From assembly GCF_009914755.1 (NCBI RefSeq), contig NC_060928.1: a DNA stretch of 64,000 bases. The stretch is one strand, 5' to 3'. Below, piece after piece: positions 12,781-26,132 of the stretch. The position numbers and the translations under genes were made by a program. Numbering within the stretch: the first letter of the stretch is position 1; every line of letters begins with the position of its first letter. Source of the stretch: the human T2T-CHM13v2.0 reference genome, Homo sapiens. A model generated the notes under the pieces. The model saw nothing but the letters and a program-made list of their open reading frames with translations, was not told where the DNA came from and ran no database searches.

Positions 12781-15700
12781 TTCAATCAATTATTTATTAC
12801 TTAAACTGAAAAGCCAGGTTTACATTATTAATAAGCTTACATTTTATATACTATTAGCTATGTATCTGGAAGGAATGCAGGAGACACTGACTACCTTTTT
12901 ACAAAGAAAAAAAGAGACATTATTTGTCAAACTCCTTTAAAACATTGTTTTGTAGAAATACACAGGTAAGGCTACAAAGTTTAACTCAATAATAACAGTT
13001 GCAAAAAAATACCTAGAAAAATCATCAAATCATGACCTACCTCTTTCAGTTATTTTTTAATAACCTGCAGCAAAAAAAGCAACTTTCTCACAGTAACCTA
13101 TATATATATTAAATGTGCTGCCAACCCAGATCTTTAGAACATTACAAACAATTTTGGAAAAGGACACTTTTTGGAATATATATTTAAGCCTGGTTAAAAG
13201 ATAGAACCATAATACAAACCTACTATACAGCAAGGACTTTGCACAGAAGCAAATTAACACACTATTTGCTAACTCAATACAGCACTATTTCTGGTCTACA
13301 TCTTTCCATGTAAGCAATCTTGTCAACTACAAATGTACTATGTACCTACTATGTGCCAGTCACTATAAAGTGTTAGATATCAAAAATGACTATAATGGGA
13401 GAGCTTTTTTATTTTTTCCATTTAATCTTTTGAAATGAGTTGTAAATCTGTAAAGAAAATTATTAGACTTTTCTAAGTTGTAGCTCCTGCAAACATGGCA
13501 TAAGAATGGTGCTTACTTAATCTTACAGAGGAAATCTTCAATCTACAGAGTTGGCAAAATAAGCAGATAAAATCTGGAATGATTAACACGTCATCACAGC
13601 AGTAGTTCTTGTGTGGTTTTCTAGTCATACCTTCAAATGTAATAAATTAAGTGTTCCTACTTTGGGCTTTCTCTTGCTGAAAGCAGTATTGTTCACTCAA
13701 GTCAAGTGTTCATTTTAGAGATGTTTTACCAGTGTAAAATAACTCCATCTTGTGGATTATCCTGACCATGGCATTCAGATCTCACCTTTCTTCTTTAATT
13801 TTTTAAAGGTAAGACTAGCATCAGCCTGATCCTTTCCAACCTCTGTAATCTGTCTTGTTTCCTACTGGATATTAATCTTCACAAGCATCCCGCTATATGG
13901 CATAGGTATATAAAAGTGTCTGCCACTCCTAGTATCATCAATCCTATGACCACTATGGAGCTTAGATTTTCCAGCCCACCAGGACCAATACAGCTTAGTG
14001 TCAGAAGCCATCGATTATACTGTCCCTATTCATTTTAATTCCATTGAAATATCTAGGAGGGAAGATAGTAAACATAGTAAGGAAGGCTCTTTGAACGGCT
14101 GGGATATAAGAGAGTGGTAATCCAATGGCCTCCTCACTTTACATGGACTTTTGTCCTTTTGTACACCTGTCTCCTGTTTGCTTTCTGAAGATGATAATTA
14201 TAATTCTGTATATTTCAACTCAAATACACTTAAAACTGACTTATAAAAATAAACATTCAGCCGCACATCAAGAAAAATCCTCCATTTTGATACCATATTT
14301 TTGAAGTTCAAAATTTAAAGGAACTTCTTCTCTCTCACCCACTTTGCACAATAACAATTCTAACATCCAATATTTCTTCCAGGTGTCATTCCAGGTCCCC
14401 CCTTTGGAAGCTGCCAGAGGCTTTAATCTAAAGCACACTCTGCTTGTGTAAAGGGAAGTTATCAGATGTTTAATATATCCACTAATTAATAGAATATTTT
14501 TTTCCTATATAATCCACAAATTTATGATGGAAGGAAGGATAAAGCTGTTGGAAGTATTTTATCTTAAGAACAAATGCAAATGTACTTTATTCTATCACTT
14601 AAGGTTACAGAAATCTCTATTCTGGAAATGCATATACAGACACTACCACAAAATCCAGAATATATTTTATATCGTGATCAAAAATGCAGGATAAGCAAGG
14701 CCTCAGTATGCAGTAGAATTAGCACATTATTTTCTATTTTAATATGTCACTACTTCTGTTCTACAGAATGTAACTATAAACATACTCTTTTGGAGAACTT
14801 GTAAAACATTTTCCTATCTATTGCTTACATTTTTATGGAAATGGTATAACTGAAGAGACATCAAGGAGAGTCTTTTAGTACATATTATGTTAAATATTAA
14901 AAATATTTTATCAAAACATAGCCCATAAAATTATTAACCCAGAAGAATATCATAAAATATTAGCTCAGTTTTTTAAGGAAAGTATATTTTTATACTCTAA
15001 ATATATCATAAGATTTACAGATATTCAAAGATCTGAAACTAAAGCCCTAATATTTAAAATATAACAAAGCTGCCTCCAAAAAAATCTCAACTTTTCTTGT
15101 TATAGATTAATGATTATCATCAGAAAAAAAAAGTCTATTTACATTAACATAAAAACTGACCAGCCTAATTTTAACTTCATCCAAAAGTTTGTCTCAATAA
15201 TTTGAACAAATAAAAAATTAAAAACTTATTTCTGAATTCACATCGCTAAAGATAAGTCAGTTATCTGTGCCTCAAGGACTTTTTCTCAGCTCAGTTAAAA
15301 GATAAAAAGATTTGTTTTTCATGCTTGAGGCTTTCAAAGGCTATGGCAATTTGTAAAATGTCAATATCCACTGAAATTTGGCCCTTAGCTCTCTAAATTC
15401 TCTCTTTGTACATGCAGATGCTTCTGCAGATAATTGTGACTACTTTCAGGCATAACTAAAAAGACCAGTATATAACTAAGTGTTTTCCGTATAACATATT
15501 AAGTAAAATGTGTCCTTTGTCTTAGAGAGCGAACACTATATATTGAGGCTGGCAATATTTATCATTTTGCTCAAAAGTAAGCACTCCACGATTTCTGCAC
15601 CGCATTCTGGTCTAACAACTCCTTATAACTTTTTAAGCCATCTATAGTGCTTTTAGGAATTGAAATCAGATTTCCCAGCATCCCTGCCATTGTATCAATG

Positions 15701-15996
15701 ACATCACGAGCTCTACTCACAGTAATGTAAAAAAAAAGACATCAGAACTCAAACCATCTTATATTGAGAGTAATAGAAGTCATAAAAAGAGTTTTACTAG
15801 AAAAGCCTGTAAAAAAAAGAATTTGTTTTCAGAAGAAAAAGTACATGAATGAGAATACAACTTTCAAGGTAATAAAGAATGAAACTACAGTTTGGGCATA
15901 CCTACTAAATCACATTCATCAGAGGATATTAATGTATTCCAAACAAAAGCAAGAAAAACAGAACATTCTACCTCACCCTGAAATATTCAATATTCC

Positions 15997-16053
15997 CTCT
16001 CTCTCTCTCACTCTCTCTCTCTTTCTCACACGCACACACACACGCACACACAC
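15997..16053. repeat. Compound (CT)n/(CA)n microsatellite
   Basis: Seen directly. Confidence 0.9.
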
Positions 16054-16327
16054 GTTTATTAATATGTGAGATGTGTCTAGAACTAAAATATTCTTGGAGC
16101 ATCTAGGATTCACTTCCAAAGTTTCTTTTCTCTTTAACTTCCCCATAAAGCTGTCTCATAGTTTCAGTAATAACAGAATTCTTGGCCACATTGGTAAAAG
16201 AGTGGTTCAGAAGTAAATAATCTGAATGTTCATTGTTCCAATACTTCAAGTCCATGCCTTTGAACTGATTACACATAATTCTTCCATCTCTGACACTATT
16301 TATAAGCTAATATAAAATCACCTATAA

Positions 16328-16512
16328 CAGGGTTGTCAAGATTATGGTCCACAGACCACTTGCATCATAATCATACGGAATATTTGATAAAACTAGAATC
16401 TTCAGCCCCTACAAGACCTACCAAATTCAAATCTCTAAAAGTCAGCCCAGAAATGTGTATTTTAGCAAGCACCCCATGTGAGACTCATACCAAAGGAAGT
16501 TTGAGAATCACA
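16328..16512. mobile_element. MER5A/B (hAT-Charlie) element
   Basis: cagggttgtcaag..tggtccacagaccac..agacctac..cccagaaatgtgtattttagcaagcacccca..aagtttgagaatcacag. Confidence 0.7.
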
Positions 16513-19500
16513 GATCTGGAATCTGAAAGGTCTGTAAACAAATTCAGAAGACATCTTCCATTGTTTTGTCTACAGTCTGTGAAATGCAATAAGAAATTTC
16601 TTCCCATTATTAAAGTATAATAAGAATCTATGTTTAAAAATCTATTCACAACAGTAAGCGCAAGCTTTAGATACTTGTTAACAGCACTGTACATGTTTTT
16701 AATTATAGTAAATCAAGTCCTGGATCAGAAGCTAAACAGTACATCAGAAGGAAAAGCTTATTTCAGCAGGATAATCTCCTCCTACAGGTGGACAAGATTA
16801 TTTATACAAGTCAATATAAATTCCACTAAAAAATGATGCGAGAACATACCTCTTAGTCTAAAAAGTGGTAAACTACATTTATTAACAACCAAAAATCAAC
16901 TTCCTATATTACACCGACCTATGTACTTGCCATATGTTGCACTCTACAACAATGTATCTTCGGGGGCTCAGGCATTTCTTTAAATTTTTCCATTTTTGAT
17001 AATTTCAACTTTTATTTTAGATTCGGGAGTACCTTTGCAGGTTTGTTACTTTGGTATATTGCATGATGCTGAGGTTTGAGGTACAATTGATCCCGTCACC
17101 CAGATACTGAGCACAATGCCCAATAGTTTTTCAACTTTTGCCATCCTTCCTAGCTCCCCACTGTAGTGGTCCCTCGGTGTCCATCATTCCCATCTTTATG
17201 TCCATGAGTACCTATTGTTGAGGTCACCCTTATAAGTAAGAACATGAGGTATTTCGTTTTCTGTTCCTGTGTTAATTTGTTTAGAACAATGGCCTCCAGC
17301 TGCATCTATATTCCTGCAAAGGATATGATTTCATTCCTTTTTATTGCTGCAAAGTATTCAATGGTGTATATGTACCACATTTTCTTTATCCAATCCACGA
17401 CTGATGAACACTTAGATTGATTCCATGTCTTTGTTATTGTGAACAGTGCTGTAATGAACATACAAGTGCATGTGTCTTCTTGGTAGAATGATTTATTTTC
17501 TTTTGGATATATACCCAGTAATGAGACTGCTGGGTTGAATGGTAGTTTAAAGTTCTTTGAGATATTTCCAAACTGATTTCCATAGTGGCTGGACAAATTT
17601 GCATTCCCACTAACAGTGTATAAGCATTCCGTTTTCTCTGCAGCCTTGACAGCATCTGTTATTTTTTGACTTTTTAATAATAACCATTCTGACTGGTGTG
17701 AGATGGTATTTCCTTGTGGTTTTGATTTGCATCTCTCTGATGATTAGTGATATTGAGCATTTTTTCACGTTTGTTGGCATGTACATCTCTTTTGGAGAAG
17801 TGTCTGTTCATGTTCTTTGCCCATTTTTAAGTGGAGTTACTTGCTTTTTGCTTGTTCAGTTAAGTTCCCTATAGATTCTGGATATGAAATCTTTGTCAGA
17901 TGCATAGTTTGCAAATACTTTTCCCATTCTGTAGGTTGTCTGTTTAATCTGTTGATAGTTTATTTTGCTGTACAGAAAAGCTCTTTAGTTTAATTATGTT
18001 CTCCTTGTCAGTTTTTGTTTTTGTTGCAATTGCTTTTGAAGACACAGTCACAAATTATTTTCCAAAGCTGGTATCGATTATGGTATTTCCCAGGTTTTCT
18101 TCAAGAATTCTTGTATTTTGAGGTCTTACATTTAAATCTTTAATCCATCTTGAGTTAATTTTTATATAAAGTGAAAGGTAGGAGTAGTTCCGTTCTTCTG
18201 CAAATGGCTAGCCAGCTATTCCAGCACCATTTATTAAATAGGGGGTCCTTTCCCTATTGCTTACTTTTGTTAAGTTTTTTAAAGATCAGATGGCTGTAGG
18301 CATGTGGCTTTATTTCTGAGTTCTCTATTTTGTTCCATTGGTCTATTTGTCTGTTTTTGTGCATGTACCATGCTGTTTTAGTTACTGTAGCCTTATTGTA
18401 TAGTTTGAGGTCAGGTAATGTGAGGCCTCTGGCTTTGTTCTTTTTGCTTAGCATTGCTTTGACTATTTGAGCCTTTTTTTGTTTCTATATGAATTTTAAA
18501 ATAGTTTTTTCAAATTCTGTGAAAAATGACATTGGTAGCTTGAGAGGACTCGCAATGTGTCTGTAAATTGCTTTGGACAGTATGGCCATTTTAACAATAT
18601 TAATTCTTCCAATCCATGAGCATGAAATTTTTTTCAGTTTATTTGTGTCATCTATAATTTCTTTCAGCAGTATTTGATTGTTGTCCTTGTAGAGCTCTTT
18701 CACCTCTTTGGTTACATGTATTCCTAGGTATTTTATGTATATTTATTTAAGCTATTTTAAATGGGATTGTGTTCTTGATTTGGCTCGCAGCTTAAACATT
18801 ATTGATATATAGAAATGCTACTAATTTTTATACATTGATTTTGTATCCTGAAACTTCATTGAAATCATTTGTCAGTACCAGCAGCTTTTTGACAGAGTCT
18901 TTAGGGTTTTTTTAGCTCTAGAATCATATCATGAGCAAAGAGAGATAATTTGACTCCTTCTCCTATTTGGATATCTTATTTCTTTCTCTTGCCTGATTTA
19001 TCTGATAAGGACTCCCAGTACTATGTTGAATAGGAGTGGTGAGAGTTAGCTTCCTGTTCCTGTTCTCAAGGGGAATGCTTCCAGTTCTTGACTGCTTAGT
19101 ATCTTTGTCTCCTATGGGTTGGTCATAGACAGTTATTAAAATTTTGAAGTATATTTCTTTAATGCTTAATTTCCTGAGGGTTTTTTATCATACTGGGATG
19201 TTATCAATTTTATCAACAGCTCTTTCCACATCTATTGAGATGATCGTATGATTTTCTTTCTAATTCTGTTTATATGGTGAATCACCTTTTTTGATTTGTG
19301 TTTGTTGAACAAACCTCGCATCCCAGCAATGAAGCTACTTGATCATGGTGCATTCACTTTTTGATGTGCTGCTGGATTTAGTTTGCTAGTATTTCCTTTT
19401 CAAGATTTTTGCATCTATGTTTAACAGAGATATTGGCCTATAGTTTTGTTTCTTTGTTATGTCTTTGCCAGGTTTTGGTATCAGGGTAATGCTGGCTTTA

Positions 19501-20094
19501 TAGAATGAGTTAGGGAGGAGTTCCTCCTCCTCAATTTTTTGGAGTAGTTACAGTATGATTAGTGCCAGGTCTTTTTTGTACATCTTGTAGAATTTGGCTG
19601 TGAATCCATCTGGTCTGGGGCTTCTTTTTGGTGGTAAGTTTTTTATTGCTGATTGAATATTGGAACTTGATACCATTCTGTTCAAGGTTTCAATTTCTTC
19701 CTGATTCAATCTTGGAAGGTTGCGTGTTTCCAGGAATTTATTCATTTCCTCTAGATTTTCTAGTTTGTGTGTACATAGGTGTTCATAATAGTCTCTGAGA
19801 ATCATTTGTATTCCTGTGGAATCAGTTGTAGTCACCTTTGCCATTTTTTATTGTGCTTATTTGGACTTTCTTGTTTTCACAGTTAATCTAAAGAGCAATC
19901 TATCAATCTTGTTTATTCTTTCAAACGCCTACTTCTGGTTGCTTTGATTCTTTGTGTGGATATTTGGGTCTCAATTTCATTCAGTTCTTTTCTGACTTAA
20001 GTGATTCCTGCTAGCTTTGGGATTTGTTTGTTCTTATTTTTCTAGTTCCCCTAAGTTCAATGTTAGATCATTAATTTGAGATCTTGCTAACTTC

Positions 20095-20285
20095 TTTTTA
20101 TTATTATTACACTCTAAGTTCTGGGGTACATGTGCAGAACATGCAGTTTTGTTACATAGGTATACACATGCCATTGAGGTTTGCTGCACCCATCAACCCA
20201 TCACCTACATTAGGTACTCCTCCTAACGTTATCCCTCCCCTAGCCCGCCACCCACTGACAGGCTCTGGTGTGTGATGTTCCCCTC
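20095..20285 (-). mobile_element. Very short 5'-truncated L1PA (L1PA7/8-like) 3' end nested in the older L1
   Basis: ttattattattacactctaagttctggggtacatgtgcagaacatgcag...gtgtgatgttcccctc interrupts host ORF2 sequence. Confidence 0.85.
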
Positions 20286-20385
20286 GGTAAGTGTTTGGCA
20301 CTATAAACTTTCCTCTTAACACTACTTATGCTGTATCCTAGATATTTTTGGTATGTTGTGTCTCTATTTTCATTTATTTGAAAGG

Positions 20386-20693
20386 TTTTTTTTGTTTCTT
20401 TTGTTTTTGTTTTCTTGATGGAGTCTCACTCTGTTGCCCAGGCTAGAGTACAGTGTTGCAATCTCAGCTCACTGCAACCTTTCCCTCCCAGGTTCAAGCG
20501 ATTCTCTGCCTCAGCCTCCCAAGTAGCTGGGATTACAGGTGCCCACCACCACGCTTGGCTAATTTTTTGTATTTTACTAGAGATGGGGTTTCACCATCTT
20601 GGCCAGGCTGGTCTTGAACTCCTGACCTTGTGATCCACCCACCTCAGCCTCCCAAAGTGCTGGGATTATAGCCGTGAGACACCACTCCCAGCC
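20386..20693 (-). mobile_element. AluS (AluSg-like) nested in the L1
   Basis: Full antisense dimer; gaccttgtgatc together with ggccaggctggtcttgaactcc; TSD degenerate. Confidence 0.92.
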
Positions 20694-23160
20694 TTGACAG
20701 TATTTGTTTATTTCTGCCTTAATTTTATTGTTTACACAAAATTCATTCAAAAGCAAGTTGTTTAATTTCCATGTAACTTTGTGGTTTTGAGAGATTTTCT
20801 TGGTAATGATTTCTATTTTTATTCCACTGTGGTCTGAGATTATAGTTGGTATGACTTCAGTGTTTTTATTTTATTGAGACTGCTTTATGGCCAAGCATGT
20901 GGTCTATCTTGGAGTATTTTCCATGTGCAATTGAGAATATATATTCTATGGTTGATGGGTAAAGTATTCAGTAGATGTCTATCAGCTCCAATTGGTCAAG
21001 TGTTGAATTTAAGTCCAGAATTTCTTTGTTAGCTTTCTGCCTCAATGAGCTTTCTAAGGCTGTCAGTCAGTTGTTGAAATCCCTCAGTATTATTGTGTGA
21101 CTGTCTACATTTCCTAACAGGTCTAGAAGTACTTTATGAATACAGGTCCTCCAATGTTGGATGTGTATATATTTAAGACTGTTAAGTCTTCTTGTTGAAT
21201 TTAACCCTTTATCATTATGTAATATCCTTCTTTGTCCTTTTTTACTGTTGTTGGTTTAATGTCTGTTTCATCTAATATAAGAATACTTATCCCTGCTCTT
21301 TGTTGTGTTCTTTGTGCATAATAGATTTTTCTCCAACCCTTTATTTTGATATTATGGATGTCATTATGTGTGAGATAGGTCTCTTGAAGACAGCAGATGG
21401 ATGGGTCTTGCTTTTTTATCCAAGTTGCCACTCTGCCATTTAAGTGGGATGTTTAGAACATTTACATTTTAATATTGATATGTGAGGTTTTGATGCTATC
21501 ATGAAGTTGTTGACTGGTTGCTTTGTAGTTTCTACTGTTTGGTTGCTTTATTGGGTCTGTGGGCTATGTACATAAGTGTCTTTTTGTGGTAGCAGGTATT
21601 GTTTTATCATTTTCAAGATTTATTGTAAAGTTGGTCTAGTGGTAAATTCCCTTGGTACTTGCTTGTCTGAAAAAATATTTTATTTCTCTTTCATTTATAA
21701 AGCTTAGTTTGGTGAAATATGAAATTCTTGATTGGACTTCCTTGTCTTTAAGAAGGCCGAAAATAGGCCCTGATCTCTTCTGGCTCGTAAGGTTTCTGCT
21801 GAGACCACTGTTAGCCCAATAGAGTTCCTTTTGTACATGATCTGACCTTTTACTCTGGTTACATTTAATTTTTTTTCTTTAGCACTGGATTTGGACAGTC
21901 TGGTGACCATATGCCTTAGGGATGTTAGTTTTGTATAGTATTTCATAGGTGTTCTCTGGATTTCTTATACTTGGATATCTACCTCTCTAGGAAGGTTAGA
22001 AAAATTTTCTTAAATTTTTCATTCAAATATCTTTTACAGGTTGTTTTCTTTCTCTACCTCCTCTCAGAAACACCAATAATTTGTATGTTTGTATGCTTTA
22101 CAAGATCCCATATTTCTCAAATGTTTTGTTCATTTATTTTAATTCTTTTTCTTTATTGTTAACTCACTGGATTAGTTCAAAAACCCAGTTTTCAATCTCT
22201 GAAAGTCCTTCTTCTTGGTAAAGCTACTTATAAAGTTTTCAATCATATTTTGAAATTTCTTAGGTGAGGTTTTCAATTCCAGAAGCTCTAATTGATTTCT
22301 TTTTAAGATGTTTATCTCTCCCTTCATTTCCCATATTGCTTTAGAAGATTTCTTTGTGTTGATTTTCAACCTTGACTTGGATCTTGTTGAGCTTCCTTGC
22401 AATCCACGTTTTACATTCTTTATCTGTCATTTGTGAGTTTCCATTTTGATTATGGACCATTGCTGGAGAGTTAGTGAGACCCTTTGGTGGTGTCACTACA
22501 TTCGGATTTTTCATGGTGTCAGAATTCTTGTGCTAGTTCCTTATCATTTGGAGATGCTGACAATTCTAATTTTTATAGTTATTTTCATGTGGGTAGGATT
22601 TTTTCTTTTTCTCTATAATACTGTTGTTTTGTTTCTTCTTTCCCTGTCTCTTTACCCTCTTCCCTAGAGTGTGTGACTGAAGAAAATGATGGGTAAGGTC
22701 TTTTGTCTTTGACCCTATAGCACTATGCACTTCTGTTGGTAGATTTTTTTACTGGGGTATGCAATTTGACCTATAAGTCAGTAGATGGCGCTTATGGGTA
22801 AGAGCCGGCTATGGCCAATAAGGCAGGGTATATGCTTGATCCTTGTTTACTGGTAAAAGCTGTCTGTTGCCCCAGGGAATGGGCTGACTCCTGGAAAGCA
22901 CAGCAGTCCAAGCTCCCTCCTCAGCCCTGGAAGGAGACGGTAGAGGGGAAGGGCAAGATGGACAAATACACCTACAGGTCCCCTGATGGCAGGCACATGC
23001 ACAAGTGCTGAGAGACAGTCCAGTGGGCAGCCACCAAGTACCCAGAGGTATAGGTAGGCATGAAACTGGGAAACCTCCTTAGCCCTGAGTTCCCTGCCTG
23101 GAGATGGCAGGGGGCAGCCTAGACTTCTAATCCTGGAAAGTGGACACTCCAGATGGCTGT

Positions 23161-23668
23161 AGGTCTGCCTGGGCATGGAGCAGAGAGGACCATCCTGCAC
23201 CAGGATCTCTCTGCATAGGAAGTGTGAAGCAGCTCAGGCTGCTGTTCCAGGTGAGCAGGTGCTCCAAATGCTTGGAAATCTGCCTGGGTGTGGAGTGGAG
23301 ATGGTGTCCCTGCACCAACATCTCTGAACAAAAAGAGTGGGGCAATTATGCCTGCTGAACCAGGCAAATGAGGGCTTCCAATGCATGGAGATCTGCCTGA
23401 GCATGAGGCAGAGAGGGCACCCCCATACCCAGATCTCTGCACAGAAAGATGCGGTGACTCAGGCTGTTAGTCTATGCTAGCAGTTGCTCCTAATTCTTGG
23501 AGATCTGCTTATGTATAGAGCAAAGAGGGCTCCACTGCACTACGATCTATGCACAGGAAAAGTGGGGTGGCTTAGGCTGCTGATCAAGGTGAAGGGATGC
23601 TCAAAAAGCCTGGAGATCTGCCTGGCTCTGGAACAGAGAAGACCCTGCTGCACAAAAATCTCAGGGGA
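23161..23668. repeat. Diverged ~113-bp tandem monomers (~4.5 copies) in the L1 5' UTR
   Basis: Anchor (g/a)gatctgcctg...cagagagg...tgcac..gatct..gcacagg...caggctg recurs at ~23161, 23276, 23389, 23501 and 23614. Confidence 0.8.
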
Positions 23669-24584
23669 ACAGGCTGGGGCACCCAGCAATGGCACATGCA
23701 GACCAGATCCAGGTTGTCAAGCTGGCCCTGGCTGCAGGTCTCATCATTCAGAAGAACTGTGATTGGGGGAGGGCACAATTCCAGTGCCAACTGTTGAGGC
23801 ACTTTCCAAAGTTCTGGCTGTGGTGACCCCTACCCTGCTCCAAAGCAAGCAGTTCAATTGCTGGCCCAAGACTAAAATGCCTACATGTCCATCATGCCAG
23901 CTCACCACAGAATGGCTGATTTTATATGAACTCAGGTTAAAAATTGTGTGCTGTTCTCAGTCCCACATCTAGGGAAATGCTTGCAGCTCTTTCTGGTATC
24001 TTTCCCTCACAGCATCTCTAAGCCTCTCCCTAAGTTACCTCCAGGACCTGGGAGAAACAGAGCGTTCTTCCTTGACCTGGGTTGCTCACATACCCAGTGG
24101 AAAAGTGTGTCACAGAGGGAGGTTCTCTGCTTCTCTCACATACTGGGGCTTCACTCACTTTTATCAGCCAGTCTCTGTCATGTGGCTGTTTGCCCACATT
24201 TTCCCCCACCAGGATCTGGGATGTCCTTCATGATTCCAGTGGATTCCCATTTTTCTTCCTGAATTAAAGTTCACAGAGTTGGTCTTTATGCACTATCTTG
24301 CTATTTCCAAGTGCCTGAAGCACACTAAAAGCCTCTAATCCACCTTCTTCTAAATTTTTTCTTTGAGGGGAGAAAAGAAGACTGTAGTGTACCACTCCAT
24401 ATATCAACAAGAATAGTGAATGAAGGAAAAAGTGGCAGAGATTATCTAAATGCAGTATATAAAATATGTATGTGTGAATGTGTATATCTGCATATATAAG
24501 TGTGTATAAATATAGTTTGAGACCACTCAGGCCTATTTTTTATTTTTACTTTTTAAAAAAGAACTACAAAGCACCATCACTGTC

Positions 24585-25001
24585 TGTGGCAGGTCCATTA
24601 TATATGCCTGCCCAGCTTCCCTTCCTCTTCTTGTGACAACCACACCTTATGCCTCTTTCGGAGGGCAACCCCTGCTGAGTCTCAGCAGCTCTGATGAGCT
24701 GTTAGTTACTGTGCCTTGGTAACTCAATCCAAGATTGTACAATCAGAATCTGACTCCTGAGAATTTAAATCTAGATAAGGGCCATACGAAATAGCTGGAA
24801 CCTAACCATTCCAATTTCCCAGGAACTATGTTTTGATTGTGAGTCCTCTCACTATCCCAGTTCTTGCTCTTGAAGCTTGGTTGCTTAAGTTTGCCTTCAA
24901 TTTCTGTTAATTACCTAATATGTTTCTAGTATATTTCATTATTTCATGATGTTATCCAGATAGCATTTCTCTTGCCAGCAACCAAAAAACTCCAACTGAT
25001 A
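24585..25001 (+). mobile_element. Old MaLR LTR (MLT1K/L-like)
   Basis: Starts tgtggcagg, ends ttgccagcaaccaaaaaactccaactgata as in old MLT1 LTRs; very diverged. Confidence 0.5.
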
Positions 25002-26132
25002 AGAGAGACACATTTTGAGAACACACCTTGTTTCGGTACACTATTTGTAGGGCACTGTTTCTCAATGAGCATTTAAAGCACTATAAAAATCCCACCACTG
25101 CATCCATGAAACCCTTTCAGATTGTCATAAAATCAAGAGCCACTCTTGTGTTTATCCTGTTAGCCTAACAAAACCCTCCACAGGCTATCTGTCTATTTTC
25201 TAACTAAAGGTTTGAAATCTCCTGTTATGAATATCCAGTACACAGTCAAATGTCCTTTTTTGACTTGCATATTTAACGCCTTATTGCCTGTTTACTGCTT
25301 TACATTTATGCTGATTTATTAAGTCACATATGCCTCTATTAACATCAAGTATGTCATTTTTACCTTAGAATATATGCAAGTAAAATGCATAATAACATGG
25401 ACTGTGCAAAATTATCATTCACCATAACAATAATATGCATAGTTACATGCACAATTCAAAACCACATCTCTGAAGGGCAATAAACAAACACATGCACATT
25501 GTAAAATATTCATAAGTCATTAAAGTAAAACATAGAAGTCCCCCTAAACACACATTTCCACTGACCCTGCAAATCTCCTCTCTATAAATTACAGCTAACA
25601 GTTGGGGTGTTACATTTGTCTCAGTACCTCAGCAATGACTCACTCATAGCAATAGTTCTTTAGAGGCCTATAAGCAGACTGAATGGAAGAGTTAAAATGG
25701 GTTAGTGGTTAAAATCTCCCACCAATAACCTAAAAAATTGAGAGTTATTTTTATCTTACTTTTCTAAGATATTTTTCAAGGTAATTGGAGAAAACAATGA
25801 GTATGGTCATATTTTACATTAGGAAGATGAGTCAAAAAAGGATTTAAATGAGTTTCTGATTTAAATACGTTTCATTTCCTTAATAAGTTTTTCCAAGAAA
25901 AAGAAGAGTTAGAGAAAAGAATTTGAATTTTCGAAGGAATGTTTTTACAAATATCATCTGGCTGATTCAATCATAAACAAGAGTAATTTCATAATACCAA
26001 TATTGAATCAGTCATAGCTATTCATTATTACATTCTATAAGAATTTCTTAGGAGGAATACTATTTTGGCATAATTTGAGTTAACAAAAAATACGTACTGT
26101 ATAATTTTTTTACCAAGTTAAATATGAGCCAA

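Larger units (their letters stand above)
16991..24350 (-). mobile_element. Full-length older primate L1 (L1PA15/16-like), degenerate
   Basis: 3' end ttcaacttttattttagattcggg...gatcccgtcacccag; many ORF2 remnants (e.g. 21201-21431 WIKKQDPSICCLQET); ORF1 remnants at 21704-22402; ~1.7-kb 5' UTR ending gcctctaatccaccttcttc. Possible short TSD taaattttt at 16981 and 24351. Confidence 0.9.

Noticed and set aside
23161-23668. Regularly spaced repeat as a possible CRISPR-like array
   Set aside because: Units are similar along their whole length with no unique spacers, lie inside an L1 5' UTR in primate DNA, and have no cas genes nearby.
22811-24267. Many short ORFs in GC-rich DNA
   Set aside because: L1 5' UTR sequence; the ORFs reflect base composition.
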